A stretch of 20,000 bases of DNA, taken from IMG/VR virus record IMGVR_UViG_2061766007_000378. One strand, written 5' to 3'. The stretch is from an uncultured virus (IMG/VR IMGVR_UViG_2061766007_000378). Lineage: Duplodnaviria; Heunggongvirae; Uroviricota; Caudoviricetes. A program made the position numbers and the translations under genes. Below the pieces are notes generated by a model that worked only from the letters and a program-made list of their open reading frames with translations, did not search any database and was not told the DNA's origin. Every line of letters starts with the position of its first letter. Position 1 is the first letter of the stretch. Shown in pieces: positions 8,518 to 17,866 of the stretch.

Positions 8518-9600
8518 TTAATTTACTTTATATTGGCCGTTTACCTGCATCTTTTTAATAATATCAAGCGCTCTTGCTTGAATATCAAAATCAAATGCGG
8601 ATCCTCGATTCTGTAAATGATAATGTATTTCAATTATCATATACATACCGTTTTGATCAAGGTAGTTTGTATTAAACGTATCTTTAACGGATTCCGCATC
8701 CTTTATCGATACGTTTATCAACGAGTTATCCAGAATAAGAATATCGCCCGGTTTAAAATTCATTACCGGTAAAACAGACATCTGAAGACCGGCCGAAGTA
8801 ACGGTCGGGTTTCCGGAAGTAATATTGATAATATTCGGATCGATTTTTATCTTGCGTTTCTCATTGATCGTCGTAACGTCGATCAATAATCCGTCTGACG
8901 AATCTACGGAAAGATCGTATTTACCGCTTGTAGAAGTAAGGTTATCGAACACAGTCGCACAGGTTCCGTAATTATTATAGATATTCTGGAGCAGTTCTTT
9001 TTTAAGCTCCGGACTTATCCTATAATTTTCACTGCGGATCCCGCTTAATTTACACACGTAATTCAAAGCAGAATAAATATTTATCGAAGAGTTTAAATTA
9101 AAGTTTATTCTTGACTGCGAATACCTTGCAACGAGCGTGCTCGCATAACAGAAATACGTTTCCGTATCGTGAGCCGAATGGATCTTCTGGGAAATATAAC
9201 TGATCTCGCCTTTAAAGATCGTCGGCAAAGTTCCCATAGACTGATATCCGGCTTGGATCTCGATCGTAAAATATTCGTTGATAAGTATCTCAGAAATTTT
9301 ATCGTATTCGAGATTATAGATCGTAAACGTTCCTTTATCTTCGTTAAGCGAAACCTTTTTCTGTCCGGCAAGATCCATCGTAAATTGAGATTTTGGGTCA
9401 AAGTTATTAAACGACATTGACCGTCTTGCTTTTCTTGAAGTAAGGATAACGTTTATCTGCCGCATCCAGCAGATCTTTTCCTTATTGATTTCTATCGCGT
9501 CTGATGAATCGTTAATTACTTTTTGCGCTTCATCCGGAGTCACAGCTGAAGCGTAGCTGTCTTCAAGAATCACAGCCTGCCTATCGACCATTAACGGCAT
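8518..9600 (-). CDS. Baseplate hub protein (gpD/gp27-like)
   Basis: 'WMRQINV', 'FTIYNL', 'IEIQAGY', 'IFKGEI' and C-terminal 'NGMYMIIEIHYHLQNRG' are typical. TAATG stop/start overlap with the upstream gene. Confidence 0.8.
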   Translation of the reverse strand: MPLMVDRQAVILEDSYASAVTPDEAQKVINDSSDAIEINKEKICWMRQINVILTSRKARRSMSFNNFDPKSQFTMDLAGQKKVSLNEDKGTFTIYNLEYDKISEILINEYFTIEIQAGYQSMGTLPTIFKGEISYISQKIHSAHDTETYFCYASTLVARYSQSRINFNLNSSINIYSALNYVCKLSGIRSENYRISPELKKELLQNIYNNYGTCATVFDNLTSTSGKYDLSVDSSDGLLIDVTTINEKRKIKIDPNIINITSGNPTVTSAGLQMSVLPVMNFKPGDILILDNSLINVSIKDAESVKDTFNTNYLDQNGMYMIIEIHYHLQNRGSAFDFDIQARALDIIKKMQVNGQYKVN

Positions 9601-11171
9601 TAGTCATATCCTCCGGCGCGAATCGCGCTATCGATCGCATCGTATATCTTTTTTACGTTATCCTGTATATTCCCTCTACTAACAACGATATAATACCCGC
9701 ACAGTAATTTTCTTACAACGGAAATCGCTCTTGCTTCTTCTTCTGTTGTTTTCCCGCCTTGGATCTTAATACTTGGATTATATAAATAAACTTGATATTC
9801 TCTCGTTGCGTCTTTAAAAATACAATTTGTATGGTAATCCATTTCATCAAACGACGTGCACGGACACCAAGAATTATTTATCATAGTTCCATTAATTCCG
9901 TCAAGCGTCACGGCAGTACCGACATTATTAGGCGTACTAACGTTCATTTTCCATCCGAATACTGTAGAAGTATCTTCTGCAAATTCGAGGTAATACGGAC
10001 GATTTCCAATATTTAATACGACTTCTCTCGGGCTGTTATCGTCTTGGCCGTTGCTAATACTATAAAACATACAGTCGGATTCGATCGCAAGGATATTATC
10101 TTTTACGTCAATAAGAAGTTTATTAAGGCGGTTTACTTCAGATTCATTAACACTAATATTATTAATATTAGCCATTAATTTAGCTTCGTCAAGCGTTCCG
10201 TCTTTAGTAACGTATTCTTCAAATTTATTAATTAACTTAAACGCTTTGGCGCGTCTTTCTTTTTCTTTTACCCTTGAAACAATCGTCCAAATAGTAAGGC
10301 CCATACCGATCGCAATCGCGGCTACCGTGGCAATGACCGTGCCTACCGGAACGACCGGAGTAAGCGCTGCCGATGCGCCAAGACCCGCGGCGATGGCAGT
10401 GCCGATATTTGCGGCAAGAATACCGGCGCCTATAATCAAAGAAGCGGCAACGGCAGAGATTAGCTCTCCAACTAGCGCGCCGACAATAATCGTGCCTACG
10501 CGGGCCATGATTCTTAATACATCGTTTTCAATATATCCGTTAGCGGCAAGCGCCGTAATAACGATCCTTGCATACGGGCTGTCTTCTTCGGATTCGCCTA
10601 TCATAATCTGTCCGAGCGTTCTTGCCGGCGGCATTACGATATTAGGCAGATCTTCGTCGTCTTTAACTTCATACTCTTGGATCTTTACGGTAATGATCTC
10701 TTTAAACGAAAGACTATACTGCATCGACGTCTGATTTTCGATCCAGCTGACGCGCTCGAGCGCCATATTTTCGCGGATCTTAAATCTCGTTTCAGATGAA
10801 CCGGCACTTGTAGTGCGTATAGTCGTCAGCGTGCAAAGGATCCCGTTGTCTTTAATATATTCAAACACGGACTGGATTTTTGCGAGTCTTCCGGGATCCG
10901 ACTCAATATCTATGCTGTCGTAATTTTTATCGTTTGCGTATTTACCGAACATACCGAACGATCCGGAGACGCTGAAAGTATCCGGATTTCTATACATATG
11001 ATCCGCCATCGTATTACCGTTCTGTAACGGATGGGTAGGAATTGTCGAGCTGCCTTCTACATGTTTTTCATGGCACGTATCGAGAAACAGATACGTTGGA
11101 CCGCCTTCGTTTCCAAGATCGCAGCTTATTACAAGAGCAAACCCGCGGTCGTCGTTTATACTGCTTGCCAT
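9600..11171 (-). CDS. Dit-like tail-tube initiator/baseplate protein with an internal hydrophobic segment and a C-terminal extra domain (523 aa)
   Basis: N-terminal 'STIPTHPLQNGNTMADHMYRNPDTFSVSG...RENMALE...LSFKEI' is the Dit-like pattern found right after tape measure genes. aa 225-299 are almost uncharged. Confidence 0.75.
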   Translation of the reverse strand: MASSINDDRGFALVISCDLGNEGGPTYLFLDTCHEKHVEGSSTIPTHPLQNGNTMADHMYRNPDTFSVSGSFGMFGKYANDKNYDSIDIESDPGRLAKIQSVFEYIKDNGILCTLTTIRTTSAGSSETRFKIRENMALERVSWIENQTSMQYSLSFKEIITVKIQEYEVKDDEDLPNIVMPPARTLGQIMIGESEEDSPYARIVITALAANGYIENDVLRIMARVGTIIVGALVGELISAVAASLIIGAGILAANIGTAIAAGLGASAALTPVVPVGTVIATVAAIAIGMGLTIWTIVSRVKEKERRAKAFKLINKFEEYVTKDGTLDEAKLMANINNISVNESEVNRLNKLLIDVKDNILAIESDCMFYSISNGQDDNSPREVVLNIGNRPYYLEFAEDTSTVFGWKMNVSTPNNVGTAVTLDGINGTMINNSWCPCTSFDEMDYHTNCIFKDATREYQVYLYNPSIKIQGGKTTEEEARAISVVRKLLCGYYIVVSRGNIQDNVKKIYDAIDSAIRAGGYD

Positions 11172-11183
11172 TTCCTTTCCCCC

Positions 11184-12751
11184 TTATGAATTTTGAATCG
11201 CGCTCGCGATCTCCTGACTCGATCTCTTCATCGCTTCGTCGAAGAAGTTCTGAAGCGATTCCTGACTCGATAACACCCCGGTCGCCGTATTAGACTGATG
11301 CACGTTAATCGTTACGTTACGGCTGTTACTGATCGATCTTCCGTTTATATAATCCGACATCGAGCCGGAAAGCGTTCCGCCGTAATTATTCCAAGAACTC
11401 CCGGTATGAAAAACGCTAATAAGATTCATCAGCGCCTGCAGGATCCAGGTCGTAGCTCTCGCAATAGTTTTGATCGAATCGAATAGGAGCGTTTTATTAT
11501 CCGCGAACCATTTCATAAAGTCCATCGCGAGCTCTTGCTTGAACATCGCGAAATCAAGCTGGAACTGCTGTACGGTTTGCAGCACGCCGGACGATTCGAG
11601 TTGATCGTACCAACGGCTGTATTTAGTCATAAAGTTAGTGAACAGCTGCCGCTGGTTCTGATTCATATACATCAGGTCTTCGTCGTTTTGCAGATTGAGT
11701 AACGACATCGTACGAGTCAGCGCCCAGTTCTGAGAGTTCGAAAGACCGTATTTCATTTGCTGACGTCTCGCCTCGGCGTTCATGATCAAAGACGTCGAAG
11801 TTCCGTAAGTCGCGGCGCCAGTTCTCATATTAAGGATCGAGCCGACTTCGGTAAGAATCGACATGAAATTGTCTTTGATAGAAACGCTTATACCGAGCAG
11901 ATTATTCGAGACGGAATTGATCGTGCGGAAGACGTTCCTGATATTCTGCGCGGCGGATTTTATTCCGCTTATGACTTGTTCGACTTTGAACGATTTCTTA
12001 TCGGCGTCCAGATCCGCTTTTTGCATAGCGAGATTCGCCGCTCCTTCAAGCTCCGTGATCTCTTGCTTTTTATCGGACTCTATCTGCTGTAATTGCGCCT
12101 TAGCTTTATTAATGCTGGTTTCTTTTCTGCCGATGCGTTCGCTCGCGGCTTTCGCTTGCTCGTGCTTTTCGGCCATCATTGAGGCGTAATCTTCCGGTTT
12201 AATGGCTCCGCTTTGGAGTCCTTTCGAAAGATCTTCTTCGTCTTGTTTTAACGCGGCGATAAGATTGCGATCCGCGACGATCTCCGTTTCTCTGCGAGTA
12301 ATCAGTCTTCGCGCTTTAGTAATTTTATCTAAATCGCGGTCTTCTATCGCGCGCCGCCGTACGAGTAGATTATCCTGAATCGCGCGTTTTTCTTCTTCCG
12401 CCGTTTTAGCGAACCTCGCGTTTAAGGCGCTTTTTACGATCCCGCCGAAGTCTTTAACGGCGGCCNNNNNNNNNNNNNNNNNNNNNNNNNNNCCCACGCG
12501 CGCTTCATATCGGCCGCTTGTCTTGCATAAGACGTAGATATATTCTCTATGACTCTCGCGCGCTCTTTATCGATCCGTAAAAGATTTTGCGCGGCCGTAT
12601 ACTGTCTCATCATCGTCTGTACGACTTTATTATTGGCTTCTCTCTGATTCGACGTTACGGTGGCGAACTCTTTTAACAGTTTATTAAGCTTGGTGATCTG
12701 ATCCGTATTAACGCTCAGATCTATGTCTTTTTGAATATGATCTACAGACAT
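11184..12751 (-). CDS. Tail tape measure protein (~520 aa), interrupted by N-gap 12466-12492
   Basis: ATG at 12751 with AAAGGAG RBS. Coiled-coil/helical Ala-Gln-Lys-rich sequence with C-terminal 'SRNVTINVHQSN'. Lies between chaperone and Dit-like genes. The two track ORFs (12434-12751 and 11184-12497) join across the gap. Confidence 0.8.
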
Positions 12752-12766
12752 TCAACGGCTCCTTTC

Positions 12767-12805
12767 ATTTATACCGGCAAGAGTAACGCTCTCACCGGTA
12801 TAAAT
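12767..12805 (-). promoter_or_regulatory. 17-bp RNA stem-loop immediately before the tape measure RBS
   Basis: Minus strand ATTTATACCGG-TGAGAG-cgtta-CTCTTG-CCGGTATAAAT. Two G-U pairs form only on the minus (mRNA) strand. No U-tract follows. Confidence 0.7.
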
Positions 12806-12808
12806 AGT

Positions 12809-13026
12809 TTATCTCCGGTTCTCTATCGCCAGATTTTTGTTATACAGATTAACGAGACAGATCTCGTAAAGGTCGAGCATCTCGTCTATATCCAAATCGT
12901 TTTTCAGCTCGCTGTACGTAACAAGCTTATTCGTGATCAGCATATAAAGAATATCGGAGACTCGTTTCGGACTGTGATATCCGGTAGCTCCGTCTGAATC
13001 CGTCGAATAAATGTGATGCTCGTCAC
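12809..13026 (-). CDS. Tail assembly chaperone extension (gpT-like), -1 frame relative to the upstream chaperone
   Basis: Not in the ORF track. The frame is open from about 13149 to TAA at 12809-12811: ...GYHSPKRVSDILYMLITNKLVTYSELKNDLDIDEMLDLYEICLVNLYNKNLAIENRR*. No RBS before the internal ATG at 12943. Confidence 0.75.
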
Positions 13027-13341
13027 TTATTCTTCGGATTTCGGAAAAGCCGGCATAATGATCTCGCGCAAGAAATACTCGATGATCTCGTTCAACGACG
13101 CAAGATCGTCTTCTATCTCCGACGGCATATACACTTCTCTTTCCGGATACTTAACGGGGAACCATTTTTCTCCGACCTTGATCTGCGTATGCTCGAGCGC
13201 GAAATTATAGAACACTTTCGTAGGCTCGTAAGATTCGAAGTCCATCTGCGTCGTAAGAGCGAGAATATCTACCGGCGAGACTTTCGGTATCATCAGCTCG
13301 TAATCCGGCCGCGTCTTGATCCTGAATTCTCTCGGCTGCAT
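13027..13341 (-). CDS. Tail assembly chaperone (gpG-like), 104 aa
   Basis: GGAGG RBS upstream of the ATG at 13341 (MQPREFRIK...; the track start at 13359 is too early). Size and position upstream of the tape measure fit; ends in 'PAFPKSEE'. Confidence 0.7.
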   Translation of the reverse strand: MQPREFRIKTRPDYELMIPKVSPVDILALTTQMDFESYEPTKVFYNFALEHTQIKVGEKWFPVKYPEREVYMPSEIEDDLASLNEIIEYFLREIIMPAFPKSEE

Positions 13342-13355
13342 AAGTTCGCCTCCGA

Positions 13356-13748
13356 TCAATAATTGGTATCGGACTCGGCGGCGTTAGTCGCCTGAGGATC
13401 TTCCTCAGTCTCTTTCTTTATCTTCTTGTACTTCTTGATCTCGTTATTCAGCTTAGTCTTTTCAGCGGCGGCTTTCTTAGCGGTTTCCGCGTCGTCGGCG
13501 ATCTCGTCGACCTCTTCGCCGATAGTAAGGACTTTGTCTTTCGCCAGCGCTTTAACGGCGTCCCACTGCGCGATCTCCGCCGGATAGTAGCTCGTACCCT
13601 TACGGATAAGGATCCTCGTTCCGACCCACGCGGATTTAACGTTCAGACGATCGGCGACGTGCGCGTCTTTATTAGTCATGTTAATAGACTGCAGACCCGC
13701 GGAAACCGTAACGTCCATTTCGCTTGTAATGCGAACGTAATTTTTCAT
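13356..13748 (-). CDS. Hypothetical protein (130 aa), possibly virion-associated
   Basis: GGAGG RBS; globular N-terminal part with a charged C-terminal tail; in an operon with structural genes. Confidence 0.7.
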   Translation of the reverse strand: MKNYVRITSEMDVTVSAGLQSINMTNKDAHVADRLNVKSAWVGTRILIRKGTSYYPAEIAQWDAVKALAKDKVLTIGEEVDEIADDAETAKKAAAEKTKLNNEIKKYKKIKKETEEDPQATNAAESDTNY

Positions 13749-13764
13749 TTCTTTTTCCTCCAGT

Positions 13765-14031
13765 TTATTCTCCGTCTTCGACGGTATCTATTAAGTATAC
13801 ATGCATCAAGCGGCCGTTGAGCATCCACGTACAATGATCCGACCGCTTTAACGCTCTGTATAATTCTACTTTTATTAACGTGTAGTTTTTCTTATTGAAC
13901 TCTTTATTCTTATACGTACAGATCTCTTTAATGTTATCGAACAACGCAATCAGCTTTTCGTCCGAAGAATCGTAGAAGCTTATCATGTAGCGGCCTTTGA
14001 AATACCGCGGCGAGCTTTCTTTTTTACTCAT
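13765..14031 (-). CDS. Hypothetical protein (88 aa)
   Basis: GGAG RBS within the end of the portal gene; fills the gap between neighbours. 'LIALFDNIKEIC' is loosely reminiscent of small NUMOD1-like DNA-binding domains (weak). Confidence 0.65.
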   Translation of the reverse strand: MSKKESSPRYFKGRYMISFYDSSDEKLIALFDNIKEICTYKNKEFNKKNYTLIKVELYRALKRSDHCTWMLNGRLMHVYLIDTVEDGE

Positions 14032-14036
14032 ACGGT

Positions 14037-16618
14037 TTATTCTCCTTCCGATGCGGCCGGAGTTTCTGCCGTATTTGCCTCCCGATTCATCTCAGGCGCT
14101 TCGTGGCCTTGCGTATATTGTTCTCTCATTTCAGAGGTTTCTACTTCTTCCGGACTCGCGTTAGGATCGAGATACGAAAGGTTTTCCGGTAATACTGATT
14201 CTTTTTCGTTTCCTCCCGGGCTTCCGAACTGACTCTGCAGGATCGACTTCGCGGTCTTCGAGCCTTTGCCGAAATTCTTGAGCGCTTCGAGGATCTGGAA
14301 CTCTTCTTCGATACGCAGGCGGTTAAGGTTCTCTTCGGAGAAGTTAACGGACACCGCGCCGTTTTCAAGGAACCCTTTCAGACTGGACGCGACCTGATAC
14401 TTACTGATAATTCCGCGATCCAGCATCGAACCTAACACGCGGTCGTAATTCTCGAGGGCTTCCATTTTGATCTTATTCCTTTCGTTCGCAACGAGCGAAT
14501 TGAACTCGAAGTCAACGGGAGCGTCTATTCCGTGGATCGCGAAAATGACCATAAGCAGCTTTTGCAGCACCGGACGATAATAGGTGTTACAGCGGTTTTC
14601 GATCGTCGTCGCGTATTTTTCCATGGATTCGGTCTCTTGCGAAAGTCCTCCGCGCAGCTCGCCGAATAACACGCCCGGCATTTCGAGCGCGGCTGCAACG
14701 AGCCACATGTTAGATTCGATCAGCTGCGAGAGACCGGTCAAGCCGGAAAACTCTCTCTGTTCGTACTCGTCGTCCTTATCNNNNNNNNNNNNNNNNNNNN
14801 NNNNNNNNNNNNNNNNNNNNNNNNNNNNNNNNNNNNNNNNNNNNNNNNNNNNNNNNNNNNNNNNNNNNNNNNNNNNNNNNNNNNNNNNNNNNNNNNNNNN
14901 NNNNNNNNNNNNNNNNNNNNNNNNNNNNNNNNNNNNNNNNNNNNNNNNNNNNNNNNNNNNNNNNNNNNNNNNNNNNGAGCTGCGGAGCGGTTCTATGTTC
15001 GTAGCGCAGCACGTACGAATGGTGTACGCGGAAACTCTTACCGTCGGCGAACGTAATATTGTACATCGTCGGCTTACCGAAATCTATATCGCGCATATCC
15101 GAAACNNNNNNNNNNTCGCAGCTCGCCGAATAACACGCCGGGCATTTCGAGCGCTGCTGCAACGAGCCACATGTTAGATTCGATCAGCTGCGCAAGACCG
15201 GTCAAGCCGGAAAACTCTCTCTGTTCGTACTCGTCGTCCTTATCGAGGAAGGTAAGCGAGTTGTACGTTCTGCCCCAGTTGACCATTTCGAGGCGCTTGC
15301 GCAGCTGTTCCTCATTGCCTTTATCCGTACCCATAAAGACACCGCGCATGCCGGACATCTTAATGACTTCGATAAGGGACTTGTTTACGAGGGAAGTAAT
15401 NNNNNNNNNNACGCTTGCGCAGCTGTTCCTCGTTGCCTTTATCCGTACCCATAAAGACTCCGCGCATACCGGACATCTTAATGACTTCGATAAGGGACTT
15501 GTTTACGAGGGAAGTAATCGAACTCTTGAGCTGGTCGTCGCGGCTTAACTCGTTCAGAATATGAGCGCCTTCCGCGTATCCCCAACCTTGGAGCTGACCG
15601 GTTTTCACAAGCTGCGGAGCGGTCCTGTGTTCGTAACGCAGCACGTACGAATGGTGTACGCGGAAGCTCTTACCATCGGCGAACGTGATATTGTACATCG
15701 TCGGCTTACCGAAATCTATATCGCGCATATCCGAAACGGTGTCCGAACCTTCCGTGCTTACTCCGTACCAGCGGTCCGTAACGTATAAACGCATGCGAGC
15801 GCCTTTGATTTTCGCGAGCTTTATCGGATTCTGCATCTCTTCGTCCGGCACGGTGTCGAACATCATGACCGCAACGGATCCTCCGAATAACGCTCCCCAC
15901 ATGAGCAGACGGATCATATCGGACTTATAGCGTCCGAAGGACTTATACGCTTTCGAAAAATCAAGGTCTCCGAACAGCGTGAATCCGCAGTTCACTTCGT
16001 CTTGCGCGGGCTTATCGATCGCGCGTCTGAACACCCAAGAGTCGTTATACAGCGCGAGCCATAACGGCCAGTTCAGCGTATCGTTGTTGAAGCCGTACTG
16101 GCTGAACGATTCTACCTTATCGGCAGTACCTGTCGCGGATAGCGTATTACGATAATGGTCTTTTATCGCAACGGAGGTTTTCGCGCCGTCGAGAAGCTTG
16201 TTTACAGTGTCTTCAAGTGTAACGTCTAACGACACGCAGTGAAACTTTTTATCGGTTCCGAGCGAAAGCCGCAACATATCCGTGTCTAATGANNNNNNNN
16301 NNAGCGAGACCCGTTACGGTGAACGTAACGGAATCGTCTGGGGTTTCCGAAGCTCCTCCGGATACGGAAACGTAAGCGGATCCTGTGGTAACGCTTGCCG
16401 AGATGTTTACGTAATTTCCCGCTTCAGCTTCAAAGTTTGCTATAAGCGACGCCGTACTTCCGACCGTAACGGACATACTGCCGGAAGGAATCAGCGTCAG
16501 GTCTAATCGTTTTGCCATCGGCTTAACNNNNNNNNNNGAGCGTAACGTCTAACGACACGCAATGGAACTTTTTATCGGTTCCGAGCGAAAGCCGCAACAT
16601 ATCCGTGTCTAATGACAT
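14037..16618 (-). CDS. Portal protein, DUF1073 / HI1409 family; one gene of ~558 aa fragmented by assembly
   Basis: True start is ATG 16618 with GGAGG RBS (MSLDTDMLRLSLG...). Main pieces are 15411-16292 and 14037-14780, bridged by the variant copy 15116-15400. Motifs 'LYNDSWVFRRAIDKPAQD', 'WGALFGGS', 'GKPTMY', 'VHHSYVL', 'GWG', 'FSGL...VAAALEMP...LFG...GGL' and 'FEFNSL' are DUF1073 portal hallmarks. Confidence 0.88.
14977..15400. other. Two redundant allele fragments of the portal gene (assembly artefact)
   Basis: 14977-15105 duplicates ~15610-15737. 15116-15400 overlaps both ~15413-15519 and ~14652-14780. Differences are almost all synonymous, and the fragments are bounded by N runs. Confidence 0.85.
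16303..16527 (-). other. Redundant allele fragment of the 5' end of the adhesin gene (assembly artefact)
   Basis: Matches ~17647-17871 with about a dozen substitutions and an identical translation over 72 aa; flanked by two 10-N spacers. Confidence 0.88.
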
Positions 16619-16632
16619 GCTTATTTCCTCCT

Positions 16633-17862
16633 TTACGACTTAATGTATATTTCGGCCGGAACCCACGTATTGCCGCCTAAGCAAACGTAAGGAGTGGCTT
16701 CCAGCATCTGTGAGCCGTCATCGATATAGACCGTACTTTTAAGCCAGTCGCTTTGCTGCGAAACGACCGTGATCGTGGTCGTCTTATTAACGTATGCTAT
16801 ATTGCCGTTGCGTACGACCTCGATACCGCGCAGCATAAGCTTGAACGTATACGTCGCGGGAGACGTCGACTTAAACGCAATACGGATATTGGAGTCGAGT
16901 CTATGGCTCGTTATAACGGCTGTCGCAGGACTTTGATCGGATATCTCTATATCGTTTATGTCTCCGATCGTTCCCGTGCTCGGGCTTAAAGTAATAATGA
17001 AATTCGTCTGGGCGTTATTTAACGCCGTGAACGACGTTTGGCTTAACGAAACGGTAGGAGGAGTGATCGTCCACGTTTTGGTCTTGTTTCCCGTTTCCGT
17101 TGGAACCGTATCCCATACGCGGTTTCCGGGATCGATCAGTGAATACGTAACGACGTACGTTCCGGGATCGATCGCGCTCGTCGTACCGCTTACGTTCATC
17201 TGGCTAGAAGCCGGAGTCACGGTAGGAGTCTTGGTTTGGCCGTTCCAGCTGTATGTCTGCGCGGTCGTGTTCGGAAGAGCGACCTTATCGACCGCGATAC
17301 TCGCGGAGATCGTGTACACGTCCGAATCGGCGTATGTCGTTCCGCTCGCGTCCACGTAATACTGTATATCGTACGAACCTGCGTTTTTCGCTTGAATCGC
17401 CGTATAATCAGAATCCCAATATCCGGAGGATCCGATACGGTACATAAGCGTTCCGGCGTTCGCGAGAGCGGGAATACGCAGCAGCCGTTGATCGCTACCG
17501 TTATATGTAAGGGAAGGATACACCTGCGGATGGTTCGTAATAGTCGCTTTCGGCTTACTGACAGTAACCGCTATATATTCTGTATCCTCAACGATCGGGC
17601 TTCCGCTCGTACGGTAAGCGTACACGCGAATGGTTGCCGTTCCTGCGGCGAGACCAGTTACGGTAAACGTAACGGAATCGTCCGGAGTTTCCGAAGCTCC
17701 TCCGGATACGGAAACGTAAGCGGAACCCGTGGTCACGCTTGCCGAGATGTTTACGTAATTTCCAGCTTCAGCTTCAAAGTTTGCTATGAGCGACGCTGTA
17801 CTTCCGACCGTAACGGACATGCTGCCGGAAGGAATCAGCGTCAGGTCTAATCGTTTTGCCAT
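16633..17862 (-). CDS. Tail-fibre-associated adhesin with Ig-like (Big-2-like) and MBG-like beta-sandwich domains (409 aa)
   Basis: Thr/Ser/Val-rich. 'SMSVTVGSTASL...VTGLAAGTATIRV' is Ig-like. 'LTYNGSDQ...AKNAGSYDIQY' and 'YSWNGQTKTP...AIDPGTYVVTYSL...W' are MBG-like repeats. C-terminal 'VYIDDGSQMLEATPYVCLGGNTW'. Confidence 0.7.
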   Translation of the reverse strand: MAKRLDLTLIPSGSMSVTVGSTASLIANFEAEAGNYVNISASVTTGSAYVSVSGGASETPDDSVTFTVTGLAAGTATIRVYAYRTSGSPIVEDTEYIAVTVSKPKATITNHPQVYPSLTYNGSDQRLLRIPALANAGTLMYRIGSSGYWDSDYTAIQAKNAGSYDIQYYVDASGTTYADSDVYTISASIAVDKVALPNTTAQTYSWNGQTKTPTVTPASSQMNVSGTTSAIDPGTYVVTYSLIDPGNRVWDTVPTETGNKTKTWTITPPTVSLSQTSFTALNNAQTNFIITLSPSTGTIGDINDIEISDQSPATAVITSHRLDSNIRIAFKSTSPATYTFKLMLRGIEVVRNGNIAYVNKTTTITVVSQQSDWLKSTVYIDDGSQMLEATPYVCLGGNTWVPAEIYIKS

Positions 17863-17866
17863 CGGC

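Noticed and set aside
5403..13341. Tailocin or other headless contractile injection system
   Set aside because: Portal, prohead protease, scaffold and cement genes are in the same block, indicating a complete phage.
14037..14300. Anti-CBASS Acb1 nuclease fused to the DUF1073 portal
   Set aside because: The C-terminal tail is low-complexity and acidic, with no paired HxT/S 2H-phosphoesterase motifs. An 'Acb1-like' label here would reflect family naming only.
16303..16527. Template/variable repeat pair of a diversity-generating retroelement on the adhesin
   Set aside because: Differences are synonymous and not adenine-specific, lie at the 5' end, and are bounded by 10-N spacers. No reverse transcriptase is present in the window.
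14037..16618. Portal pseudogene, intron/intein or true tandem duplication
   Set aside because: The fragments overlap and rebuild one intact ~558-aa frame; all breaks coincide with N runs.
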